From positions 1 through 62,444 of IMG/VR virus record IMGVR_UViG_3300043640_000318: a stretch of DNA of 62,444 nucleotides; one strand, written 5' to 3'. The position numbers were made by a program, and so were the translations under genes. Position 1 is the stretch's first letter, and the number at the start of each line of letters is the position of its first letter. This DNA comes from a virus (Duplodnaviria; Caudoviricetes). Below the pieces are notes generated by a model. It searched no databases. It saw only the letters and a list, made by a program, of their open reading frames with translations, and had not been told where the DNA came from. Positions 46,757-54,408 of the stretch are shown here, piece by piece.

Positions 46757-47281
46757 TTACTCAGCGCGCTGACGAGGGCCGAGGTTCACCCGGGTCCAGA
46801 TGGTCTGGAGCTTGCCGTTGACCCGGTCTCCCTCGCTGGAGACGAACTGGGACGCCAGCTGCTGGTGCCCGTCGCACAGAGGCGGCGCCTTGGCGAGAGC
46901 GGACTCCCTCACGGTGAGCTCGGCCTGGCACTCTGGGCCGACGCACTTCACCGGCAGGATCGCGTCGTTGGACTCCCGGTCGATCGAGCCGAGAGCCTCC
47001 TCTTCGACCTGCTGCTGCTGATCACGCCAGTGGGCACTCTGCTGGTCAAGCGAGGTCAGGAGCCCGGGGTTGGCATCGGCGTCCTCGATCTTGAGGACTC
47101 CCCGGCTCACCGCCCGCATGAAGTTCGGCGACTGGGACATGTGCTCGGTGACGATCTGCACGTCGCCGCCATGGGGATCGCCGAGAGCGTCCCATCGCAC
47201 CTCGTCCTTGCCACTGGGATCGGTGCTCAGCACCGTCATCCCCTTCATTTGGTTCCGTACCAGTACGGTGCCCACCTGCAT
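46757..47281 (-). CDS. conserved head-region protein
   Basis: VLVRNQ..G.TV, W...GDP.G.DVQ, C...C...PPLC..H; RBS GGAGG. Confidence 0.75.
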   Translation of the reverse strand: MQVGTVLVRNQMKGMTVLSTDPSGKDEVRWDALGDPHGGDVQIVTEHMSQSPNFMRAVSRGVLKIEDADANPGLLTSLDQQSAHWRDQQQQVEEEALGSIDRESNDAILPVKCVGPECQAELTVRESALAKAPPLCDGHQQLASQFVSSEGDRVNGKLQTIWTRVNLGPRQRAE

Positions 47282-47342
47282 GGTGTCCTCCAGAGCTTGT
47301 TGGTCCCTCTACCCTTCCTCGCAAATGCACGTCCCAGGACAG

Positions 47343-48134
47343 CTAGGAGGCCGCCCCGAGCACGTAGGAGAAGTTATCCAGGGCTACCCATCCGGGATTA
47401 TATGTACTAGCTGCGAAATAGAAGGCAATTGTTCCATCGGAACGCACTTCCAGACGAACCCATCCAGTAGGCCCACTGAAACTGGAAGCACACAAACCGT
47501 ATTGAGGTGCTCCAGGAATGGTGCCGACCGGCATGGTCGCGACGACCGCCGGAGAAACGGTGAAGTCACCAGAGCTCTTCTGGAGAACACCCCGCAATTC
47601 GATCCGGTCATCACGGAGCCGGTACTGCGGCCGATGCCCACCAGAGGTCCAGCGCACCACCCCGGACGCCAGCGGAATGTTCGTCCAGGTCCCGGCGGTG
47701 ATGTTCTTCGCGAAGATCGTGCCGTCCGGCTTGACCGAGGCCACCGTGGTCCCGGCGGAGGTCTTCCACTGCTGAAGGTCTCCGCTCTGGGTGCCGTCAT
47801 AGCCGGTGACCACCACGGCGGTGCGAGAGGGCAGCGCGGGGGTGGCGGTGATCTCGCCATAGCCGTTGAAACCGCCCACGGCCTTACCGCCGATGTAGAA
47901 GGCCAGCTGGTTGGGCGCGGTGTCGCGAGACCCGGCCGGGAGGTTGATCCTCCACCCGTAGCTGGTGCCGTCAGAGATCGTGGTGACGTTGTTGCCCGCG
48001 AGGTAGAAGACGCCGGTGACCGCCGTGGTCAGGGTGCCCAGTGAAGTCGCGTAGGACGTCAGCACGTCGGCGATGGAGTTGTGATCCGTGGTGTGCCCGG
48101 CATCGCCCACGCCATGGTGAGGGGGGATGGTCAT
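47343..48134 (-). CDS. short fibre protein with receptor-binding-like C-terminus
   Basis: Start MTIPPHH after GGAGG; PQYRL..DRIELRG...ATMPVGTIP. Confidence 0.7.
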   Translation of the reverse strand: MTIPPHHGVGDAGHTTDHNSIADVLTSYATSLGTLTTAVTGVFYLAGNNVTTISDGTSYGWRINLPAGSRDTAPNQLAFYIGGKAVGGFNGYGEITATPALPSRTAVVVTGYDGTQSGDLQQWKTSAGTTVASVKPDGTIFAKNITAGTWTNIPLASGVVRWTSGGHRPQYRLRDDRIELRGVLQKSSGDFTVSPAVVATMPVGTIPGAPQYGLCASSFSGPTGWVRLEVRSDGTIAFYFAASTYNPGWVALDNFSYVLGAAS

Positions 48135-48216
48135 GGATCCTCCGATGGTCGGCCAGTGGACGTTCACCCCTTCTTCGTCCCAGACCCCTCCTGAGCAGCG
48201 GGCGGGGTTAAAGCCC

Positions 48217-48244
48217 TTGACCGCCAAGGTTCCTGTGGTAGTGT
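48217..48244 (+). promoter_or_regulatory. promoter of Y RNA-Ro operon
   Basis: TTGACC-N16-TAGTGT with extended TG, 10 nt before Y RNA 1; CCAAGGTTCCT in spacer. Confidence 0.6.
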
Positions 48245-48254
48245 CGCTGACATC

Positions 48255-48342
48255 ACCTCCTCGGTGTGAACGGCAGACGGCTACTTCATTTCGATTAACT
48301 CCGAAACGCGAACGCCGTAGCCGGACTTGACCTCGGGGAGGT
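48255..48342 (+). ncRNA. Y RNA-like 1 (minimal)
   Basis: ACCTCCTCG/CGGGGAGGT closing stem; GGTGTGAA...CTACTTC...GACTTGACCTC. Confidence 0.75.
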
Positions 48343-48357
48343 ACAAAAACTTAAATT

Positions 48358-48433
48358 TCTCCGCTGGTGTGCATGTGACGGCTACTTCGATATGACGAAA
48401 AATGCGCCGTCGCGACTCTGATCTCAGCGGAGA
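48358..48433 (+). ncRNA. Y RNA-like 2 (minimal)
   Basis: TCTCCGCTG/CAGCGGAGA; GGTGTGCA...CTACTTC...GACTCTGATCTC. Confidence 0.75.
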
Positions 48434-48445
48434 CAAGCTTCAGCA

Positions 48446-48588
48446 CCTTCCCGGTGTGCAGATCACAGTTACTTCATTCGGAACTGATAGTCGCGGGTTC
48501 GAATCCCGTCGAGGGCTCCAGGGTCCTCGTAGCTCAGCCTGGTAGAGCGTCAGTCTTTGTACTGTGGTCGATTTTGATCTCGGGAGGG
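48446..48588 (+). ncRNA. yrlA: YrlA-type Y RNA with circularly permuted tRNA domain
   Basis: CCTTCCCG/CGGGAGGG; T-arm GCGGG-TTCGAAT-CCCGT, closed acceptor CGAGGGC..GTCCTCG, D-arm TAGCTCAGCCTGGTAGAGC; upstream of Ro60. Confidence 0.88.
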
Positions 48589-48602
48589 GACAACTTCAGA
48601 GC

Positions 48603-48732
48603 GTTCCTGGTGTGCAGGCGAGGGCTACTTCTTTCTGCAAAAAAGGATCTCCGGGTTCGACTCCCGGTCCAGCCCGTAAGGGTTGGGGCCAAGGCGGCGA
48701 TAGCTATCTCTCACCGACTTGACCTCAGGAAC
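48603..48732 (+). ncRNA. Y RNA-like 4 with T-arm and closed acceptor stem, degenerate D-arm
   Basis: GTTCCTG/CAGGAAC; CCGGG-TTCGACT-CCCGG; CCAGCCC-GTAA-GGGTTGG; shared motifs. Confidence 0.8.
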
Positions 48733-48743
48733 CCACTCTTGAC

Positions 48744-48778
48744 GAACTCCTCTCCCGTCCCCTCGGAGAGGAGTTTTT
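48744..48778 (+). terminator. terminator-like hairpin containing the Ro60 RBS
   Basis: GAACTCCTCTCC/GGAGAGGAGTTT followed by TT, ending 2 nt before ATG. Confidence 0.6.
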
Positions 48779-48779
48779 C

Positions 48780-50402
48780 ATGTCCAAGTTCAACCGCAAC
48801 GGCCCGAGCACCCGCCAGACCAACCCGGTGGTGAGCGTCAAGGCACCGCAGGCCCGTACCCACGGTGGCGCCCCGGCCTACGAGCGTGACGCCAAGGGCG
48901 AGCTGTTCATGCTCGCCATCAGCAACCTCGTGGGGGAGAAGACCTTCTACGAGAGCGCCGGTGAGCGGGACGACCGCTTCAGCGCGCTGGTCCACCAGGT
49001 CGCCCTCGACGACCCGAAGTGGCTGTTCAGCATGCTGAACTGGCTGCGCGGTGAGTCCAACATGCGCAGCGCGGCCCTGGTCGGCGCGGCCGAGATGGTC
49101 AAGGCACGGATCGACGCAGGTGTCAGCGGTAAGGACGCCCCGGAGGAAGGTGGCCGCAGCTACGACCGCATGGCCATCGACGCGGTCTGCCTGCGGGCGG
49201 ACGAGCCGGGTGAGCTGCTGGCCTACTGGATCGGCAAGTACGGCCGTCCGGTCCCGAAGCCGATCAAGCGTGGTCTCTCCGACGCTGCCAAGCGGCTCTA
49301 CAACGAGCGCAACCTCCTGAAGTACGACACCGCCACGAGCGCGTTCAGGTTCGGTGACGTCCTGGAGTTCGCCCGGCCGAAGCCGGTCGGCATCTCCCAG
49401 AGCAGGCTGTTCAAGTACGCCATCGAGAACCGGCACAAGCGCACCATCGACATGGTGGAGCTCGGCCTGCCGATGATCCAGGCGAACCACTTCCTGCGCA
49501 ACGCCGCCGCTCGTGACCCGAGGGCGCTGCTCGACTCCGACGCGCTGAAGGGCGCGGGGATGACCTGGGAGGACCTGCTGAGCCTGGCAGGCACCAAGGT
49601 GAGCAAGGCGGACCTGTGGGAGGCCATGGTCCCCGCCATGGGCTACATGGGCCTGCTGCGGAACCTGCGCAACTTCGATGAGGCGGGGATCTCCAACCAG
49701 GTCGTCAGGTACGTCGGCGGCCGTCTGGAGGACCCGGTGCAGGTCGCCGGATCCCGTCAGCTGCCGATGAGGTTCCTGTCGGCCTACCGGGCGGCTCCGA
49801 GCCTGAAGTGGGGTCCGTACCTGGAGGTCGCACTGGACGCGTGCCTGGGCAGCATCCCGGTCGTGAAGGGCCGCACGCTGGTCCTGATCGACACCTCGGC
49901 CTCCATGCAGGCCATGATGAGCGAGCGTTCCAAGCTCCAGATGTGGGACGCGGCGGTGGTCTTCGGGCTGGCACTGGCCCGCCGGTGTGAAAGCGCCGAC
50001 GTGGTCTCCTTCTCGGACAACTACTGGAACAGCAGCGAGGGCACCAAGGTCTTCCATCCGGCCAAGGGTGGCTCGCTGCTCAAAGACATCGACCGGTGGT
50101 CCCAGGACGGCTACAACATCTTCGGCGGGACCGAGACCGCCGGAGCGGTCAGGCGGCACTTCGCCGACCACGACCGGGTCATCATCCTCACCGACGAGCA
50201 GTCCACCAGCGGCAGTGATGTCGATGCCGCAGTCCCGGACAACAAGACCCTGATCACCTTCAACCTGGCTGGTTACAAGCGCGGCCACGCCCGTTCTGGC
50301 ACCGCTCACCGGATCACCATCGGTGGCCTGTCGGACGCCGGGTTCAAGCTGATCCCGATCCTGGAGAGCCGCTCCAAGGGCCTGTGGCCCTGGGAGCTGT
50401 AG
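48780..50402 (+). CDS. rsr: Ro60/Rsr TROVE-domain RNA-binding protein with vWA domain
   Basis: THGGAPAY, EKTFYE, LRGESNMRS, RADEPGE, LLKYD, MTWE, LLRNLRN, SRQLPMRF, LIDTSASM, GGTET, IILTDEQ. Confidence 0.95.
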   Translation: MSKFNRNGPSTRQTNPVVSVKAPQARTHGGAPAYERDAKGELFMLAISNLVGEKTFYESAGERDDRFSALVHQVALDDPKWLFSMLNWLRGESNMRSAALVGAAEMVKARIDAGVSGKDAPEEGGRSYDRMAIDAVCLRADEPGELLAYWIGKYGRPVPKPIKRGLSDAAKRLYNERNLLKYDTATSAFRFGDVLEFARPKPVGISQSRLFKYAIENRHKRTIDMVELGLPMIQANHFLRNAAARDPRALLDSDALKGAGMTWEDLLSLAGTKVSKADLWEAMVPAMGYMGLLRNLRNFDEAGISNQVVRYVGGRLEDPVQVAGSRQLPMRFLSAYRAAPSLKWGPYLEVALDACLGSIPVVKGRTLVLIDTSASMQAMMSERSKLQMWDAAVVFGLALARRCESADVVSFSDNYWNSSEGTKVFHPAKGGSLLKDIDRWSQDGYNIFGGTETAGAVRRHFADHDRVIILTDEQSTSGSDVDAAVPDNKTLITFNLAGYKRGHARSGTAHRITIGGLSDAGFKLIPILESRSKGLWPWEL

Positions 50403-50414
50403 CCCCCCGGTAGG

Positions 50415-50448
50415 AGCGCCCATCCTGTGTCCTGGGATGGGCGCTTTT
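50415..50448 (+). terminator. intrinsic terminator after Ro60
   Basis: AGCGCCCATCC/GGATGGGCGCT followed by TTT. Confidence 0.7.
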
Positions 50449-50517
50449 GCCATGCTTGGCGATGATCTATGCTATGCTGTGCCAAGCAAGTTGTTCTTCC
50501 CCCCGAGGAGCCGCAGC

Positions 50518-51696
50518 ATGACCATCCCGCTCACCGACCCTGTCGCTCGTGCCTCGGCCTACCTGGACAAGGTGATCCAGGACATGAAGGACGCCGAGCA
50601 CTTCTGGCTGAACGACCCCACCGGCGCCTTCTGCGCCAAGGTCTTCTTCGCCGCCGCCCGGATGGCCATCGACGACGACAAGCTCGATGTGCCCCACCCG
50701 GACCTCACCCAGGAGATGGTGAAGGACTTCCAGATCGCCATCAAGTGGATGAGCCCGCAGAACCGGCACGCCCTGGCGATGTTCACCCAGGTGGTCCAGA
50801 GCCGGGTGCTGTGGAGCAGGACCAAGATCCTGCACCCGATCGACGGAGCCCTGTGGGGCGAGCTGAAGGACATCGCCCGGGACGTCAAGCTGCCCGCAGA
50901 GCTCTTCACGAAGCTGCCCTACCCCGACCCCTTCGTCTACTTCCCCGAGCCGATCATCATCCCCCTCGACGAGCCCGGCCAATTCCAGAGGATCGAGGGT
51001 GTGTTCATCCACGGCCGCCGGGCCACCAATGCCCTCTTCCCGGACGGCCGTGGGATCGACGTCGGCTCGATGCACTGCTCGACCGCCAGCCCCATGGCCG
51101 TCGGGCTCGGCCTCTCGTTCGCCGGGTACGTCGAGTACGCCGACGGCTCGCCCCTGATGGTCCGGACCTTCCAGGACGTCTGCTGGACCCACACCTCGCT
51201 GATCCCCTCCGACGGCGGCACGCTGGGCGCGATGATCGAGGGGGCCGTCAAGAGGTTCAGCCGGGCCAAGGTGGACGGGTACGGGGTCAGCAGTGCGGCT
51301 GTGAGCGTCCCAGAGCTCTGCACGCAGGCTGTGAGCGCCCTGGTCTACCTCTGCTGCAAGAACGCCGACCTGACCCAGCTGCCGCCTCGTCAGGGCCGCT
51401 CACGCCGGGGCAGCAAGAGCAGCGCCCCCAAGCCCCCGAAGGTCATCAAGGTGGGCTACCGGGTGGGCGCCGAGCTGAAGGCCTACCACCGGCGGATCAG
51501 GAACGGGGAAAGCAGCCCGACCGGCCAGAAGATGGCGCCTCACGTGCGCCGTTCGCACCCGCACACCTTCCGCTGCGGGCCCGGCCGCAAGGACTTCGTC
51601 ATGTACTGGATGCACCCGATCATGGTGAACATGAACCTGGGCGCCAGCGTCACCACGGTCTCGAAGGTCAAAAGCAGCAAGCGGGCGAAGCGCTAG
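50518..51696 (+). CDS. hypothetical phage protein with basic PHxRRxH C-terminal motif
   Basis: ATG after GAGGAG; PHVRRSHPHTFRCGPGR....WMHPIMVN. Confidence 0.78.
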   Translation: MTIPLTDPVARASAYLDKVIQDMKDAEHFWLNDPTGAFCAKVFFAAARMAIDDDKLDVPHPDLTQEMVKDFQIAIKWMSPQNRHALAMFTQVVQSRVLWSRTKILHPIDGALWGELKDIARDVKLPAELFTKLPYPDPFVYFPEPIIIPLDEPGQFQRIEGVFIHGRRATNALFPDGRGIDVGSMHCSTASPMAVGLGLSFAGYVEYADGSPLMVRTFQDVCWTHTSLIPSDGGTLGAMIEGAVKRFSRAKVDGYGVSSAAVSVPELCTQAVSALVYLCCKNADLTQLPPRQGRSRRGSKSSAPKPPKVIKVGYRVGAELKAYHRRIRNGESSPTGQKMAPHVRRSHPHTFRCGPGRKDFVMYWMHPIMVNMNLGASVTTVSKVKSSKRAKR

Positions 51697-51869
51697 ATGT
51701 AGGAGTTGAACCTGGCCACGGGGACGTTGACGGTCTCCGAGGTCAGGCGCCGCACGATGTCGCCCACCTCAATCTGGGTCTGGGCGTTCAGCTCGCCGAT
51801 CGGCACCTCGCGCAGGTCGGCGACGTTCGACTTGACCTCTGCTGGCCGCTCAATGACCTCGGTGCTCAT
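51693..51869 (-). CDS. FxSxx-COOH (FxsA-like) RiPP precursor-like peptide
   Basis: 58 aa; S.VADLREVPIGEL leader, IVRRL, ends VARFNSYI-stop. Confidence 0.75.
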   Translation of the reverse strand: MSTEVIERPAEVKSNVADLREVPIGELNAQTQIEVGDIVRRLTSETVNVPVARFNSYI

Positions 51870-52124
51870 GGCCGGAGTGTACGCCGTGAATTCCGCCCTC
51901 GCCGGACCACGGCACCGCCCTGATCTGCGCTGTGCGGTAATGCCCGCTCGAATGGCTACCGAGGAAGCAGGGGCGGTCACTCGCGGGCTCCATCTCCCCA
52001 GCCGACTGGGGCGGGACTCCGCAGAGTGGCTCCCAGCATAACGCCAGCGCCCCGCCCTCAGAGTTAACTGTAAGGACGGGGCCGACGGAATCGAACCGCC
52101 TCCGGGCGCCCGGTGCAGAAACAG

Positions 52125-52160
52125 CGAACCCGCCCTGCGGTCACGGTCAGGGCGGGTTCG
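52125..52160 (-). terminator. terminator after major capsid gene
   Basis: CGAACCCGCCCTG/CAGGGCGGGTTCG 13-bp stem followed by CTGTTTC. Confidence 0.7.
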
Positions 52161-52178
52161 TCGATCAGTCTACGAGTA

Positions 52179-53171
52179 CTACGACTTGGTGATGGTCGCC
52201 AGGCCGCGTGGGTTCAGGATGGCCATGGTCACCATCTCGTCGAACACCCAGCCCTTCCAGAACGCCTCGACGTGGTGGTTCTCCTCCACATCGAGGGAGT
52301 ACAGGATCGGGAAGACACCCAGGAAGTTGGGCTCCGGCGTCAGGAACACCTTGCTCTGCGGCACGATGATCGAGCGCTGGATCTGGAACTCGCCGAAGCT
52401 GGTGATGGTCTCACCGGCGACGACTCGGTCCTTGAAGGCCCAGCCGGTGGCGTTGATGTCCCACCGGTAGAGGTCCCGGTAGTCGAACGGGTTGATCAGG
52501 ATCCGGGCCGACTGGAGCTCGTGCAGGTCGGTCATCGAGACGGCCGAGTACAGCGAGCCCGGGGTCAGGTAGCCCGAGGCCTCGGTGATGTTGTGGTTCG
52601 GGGTGACCGTGTGGTCCGGCCGGGAGGCGTAGTCGGTGACCGCAGCCTGGAGCAGGACCAGCAGACGGGAGTCCTCTTGCTTGAGGATGGCCTGCTTGGT
52701 CTCGTCCTGGGCCTGCTCGACCGCGTTGATGCGCAGGTAGAACAGGTCCTCCTTGCGGATCGCCGGGCGCGAGGCGATGCGCCAGAAGCGCACCGGGACG
52801 CGCTTGCCTTCGAACGGTGTCACACGGACTTCGCCCTCGGTGCCGGACATGAGATATGCCTGGCCGAGGTCGTCCCAGACGTCGTACTCGACGGGGGTAC
52901 CCGGGGTCACCGGGTCCTCGACGAGCACGTTCCGGGTGATGCCCTGGTAACGGAGCTTCAGCTGGATCGGGCCGACCATGCCGACGCCCAGGCGCCGGAA
53001 GCCGCTGACGTCATCCGAGAGGATGAGCGCCATCTTGCGGACCTTGTCGGTGTGCGCGAGAGGCCCACCACTGGCCTGCTTGCGCTCGATCTGAGCGACA
53101 TAGTCATCGCTTTTCTTGGCGACGCGTGCCCTGAGCCCACCACCGGGCGCGAGGGTCATCTGCTGCGACAT
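52179..53171 (-). CDS. major capsid protein
   Basis: MVGPIQLKLRYQGITRNVLVED, YDVWDDLGQAY, KQEDSRL, GWVFDEMV...ILNPRG (Bxz1-like capsid by recollection). Confidence 0.9.
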   Translation of the reverse strand: MSQQMTLAPGGGLRARVAKKSDDYVAQIERKQASGGPLAHTDKVRKMALILSDDVSGFRRLGVGMVGPIQLKLRYQGITRNVLVEDPVTPGTPVEYDVWDDLGQAYLMSGTEGEVRVTPFEGKRVPVRFWRIASRPAIRKEDLFYLRINAVEQAQDETKQAILKQEDSRLLVLLQAAVTDYASRPDHTVTPNHNITEASGYLTPGSLYSAVSMTDLHELQSARILINPFDYRDLYRWDINATGWAFKDRVVAGETITSFGEFQIQRSIIVPQSKVFLTPEPNFLGVFPILYSLDVEENHHVEAFWKGWVFDEMVTMAILNPRGLATITKS

Positions 53172-53213
53172 TTACTAAGTCCCTTCTGAGTGAGATTCCT
53201 GGGGCTCAGGGCC

Positions 53214-53753
53214 TCAGCGAATGCCGCCGATGATGATCTTGGTTGCGGACGCCACCCGGATCAGACGGGCGACGGGTGCCGTGGTCGGCGAGTGGGTGCT
53301 GGCGAGCGTGAGCTTGCCGATGTACCCGGCCGCCGTGGCGACGTAGATGAGGTCCTCGTTGCCGTCACCGGCGTCGGCACCGGCCCAGTCGGCCGTGGTG
53401 TCGAAGGCGGGCGCGAGGATCTCGAACTCCGCGTCGGGCGCGAGGACCCAGACGGCGAAGGTGTTGATGCCCGCGTCGAGCGGCTCGTCGATCCCGTCGC
53501 CGCCGACGTACATCGCGGACAGGCCGATCGGGATGTTGTTGGCCGCAGTGCCCACACCCGCCGCGCCAGAACCGGCGCCGCAGAGGGTGACGTTGTCACC
53601 GATGGTCTTCGTCATCGCCATGCCGGGCCAGATGGGGGTGGACCTGTCCCAAGCGGCGTCGAGGAACACCGACTTGGGGGTGGCCTGAGTCCAGCCATAC
53701 AGCGGCCGGATGGTGCGCTTGATGTAGTTGTTCGAAAGCTTGGTACGGAGCAC
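53214..53753 (-). CDS. capsid decoration / minor head protein
   Basis: KRTIRPLYGWTQATP, IWPGM, FEILAPAFD; directly upstream of capsid gene. Confidence 0.72.
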   Translation of the reverse strand: MLRTKLSNNYIKRTIRPLYGWTQATPKSVFLDAAWDRSTPIWPGMAMTKTIGDNVTLCGAGSGAAGVGTAANNIPIGLSAMYVGGDGIDEPLDAGINTFAVWVLAPDAEFEILAPAFDTTADWAGADAGDGNEDLIYVATAAGYIGKLTLASTHSPTTAPVARLIRVASATKIIIGGIR

Positions 53754-53852
53754 CTGTTTCCTCCCTAATAGGACACGCTAGGGAGAAAGCTGCGATCGGT
53801 TTCATTGACGTACATGAAACGAGCGCACCCCCTCCGTCAGCCGTGATGGCCC

Positions 53853-53878
53853 TCTAAACCTTTATTGCGTGAGAGGGG
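53853..53878 (-). promoter_or_regulatory. putative late promoter (capsid operon)
   Basis: CCCCTCTC-N7-AAAGGTTTAGA, matches the site at 60323-60348. Confidence 0.55.
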
Positions 53879-53918
53879 CTTTCGACAGGAAGAGGTGCGC
53901 TCGTGAGGTCGAAGCGGG

Positions 53919-54143
53919 TCAGAGCGGGTCGGGTGGTTCCTTGGCCGCATCGGGCTGCTCGGTCTCGCCCGTGCCACCGGTCTTGGGCTCTTCCAGAGCG
54001 GTGACCCGATCCTTGAGCTCTTCGATGGTCGCCGCCATTGCGGCGACATTCTGCTCCAGCGTCGTGATGTGCCGGGACTTGATCCAGTTGTCATAGAGCG
54101 TTTCTTTGAACGCGTCTATGAGCTCATCGACTGTGACCGCCAT
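53919..54143 (-). CDS. small coiled-coil protein
   Basis: RBS GGGGGAG; heptad LEQNVAAMAATIEELKDRVTALE. Confidence 0.65.
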   Translation of the reverse strand: MAVTVDELIDAFKETLYDNWIKSRHITTLEQNVAAMAATIEELKDRVTALEEPKTGGTGETEQPDAAKEPPDPL

Positions 54144-54234
54144 TGCTCCCCCGAGTATTATTGTTGCCGATCATATAGTCCAGTTAGGACGTACACCGAG
54201 TCAGTCGGTGAAGAGTACATGTAGTAAGAACTGT

Positions 54235-54396
54235 TCAGAAGGTAAATAATACACGGCCCCCGGTGATATCCGGCAGGGTCATTATCGCGACAGGCTCGAA
54301 CTGATTGAAGGAGATCTGGAATAGATCCCCTGGGACAATATCTTCGATATTCTTAGCTGCGGTACGCGGAGTGAATCGACCCGTGTCTAGCTGCAT
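54235..54396 (-). CDS. small AT-rich hypothetical protein (possibly frameshifted)
   Basis: Not in track; MQLDTGRFTP... after RBS GGGAGAG. Confidence 0.45.
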   Translation of the reverse strand: MQLDTGRFTPRTAAKNIEDIVPGDLFQISFNQFEPVAIMTLPDITGGRVLFTF

Positions 54397-54408
54397 TATC
54401 TCTCCCGA

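Noticed and set aside
48486-48555. Standalone tRNA gene
   Set aside because: T-arm precedes D-arm and the acceptor stem is loop-closed: YrlA domain, not a tRNA
48255-48732. Repeated motifs upstream of TROVE as a CRISPR array
   Set aside because: No identical direct repeats with spacers and no cas genes; units fold as Y RNAs
48711-50453. Long antisense/overlapping ORFs (e.g. 48711-50453 -, 9603-11678 +, 4424-5749 +, 31253-32701 +, 50469-51923 +)
   Set aside because: Shadow frames of real genes in high-GC DNA; no recognisable motifs
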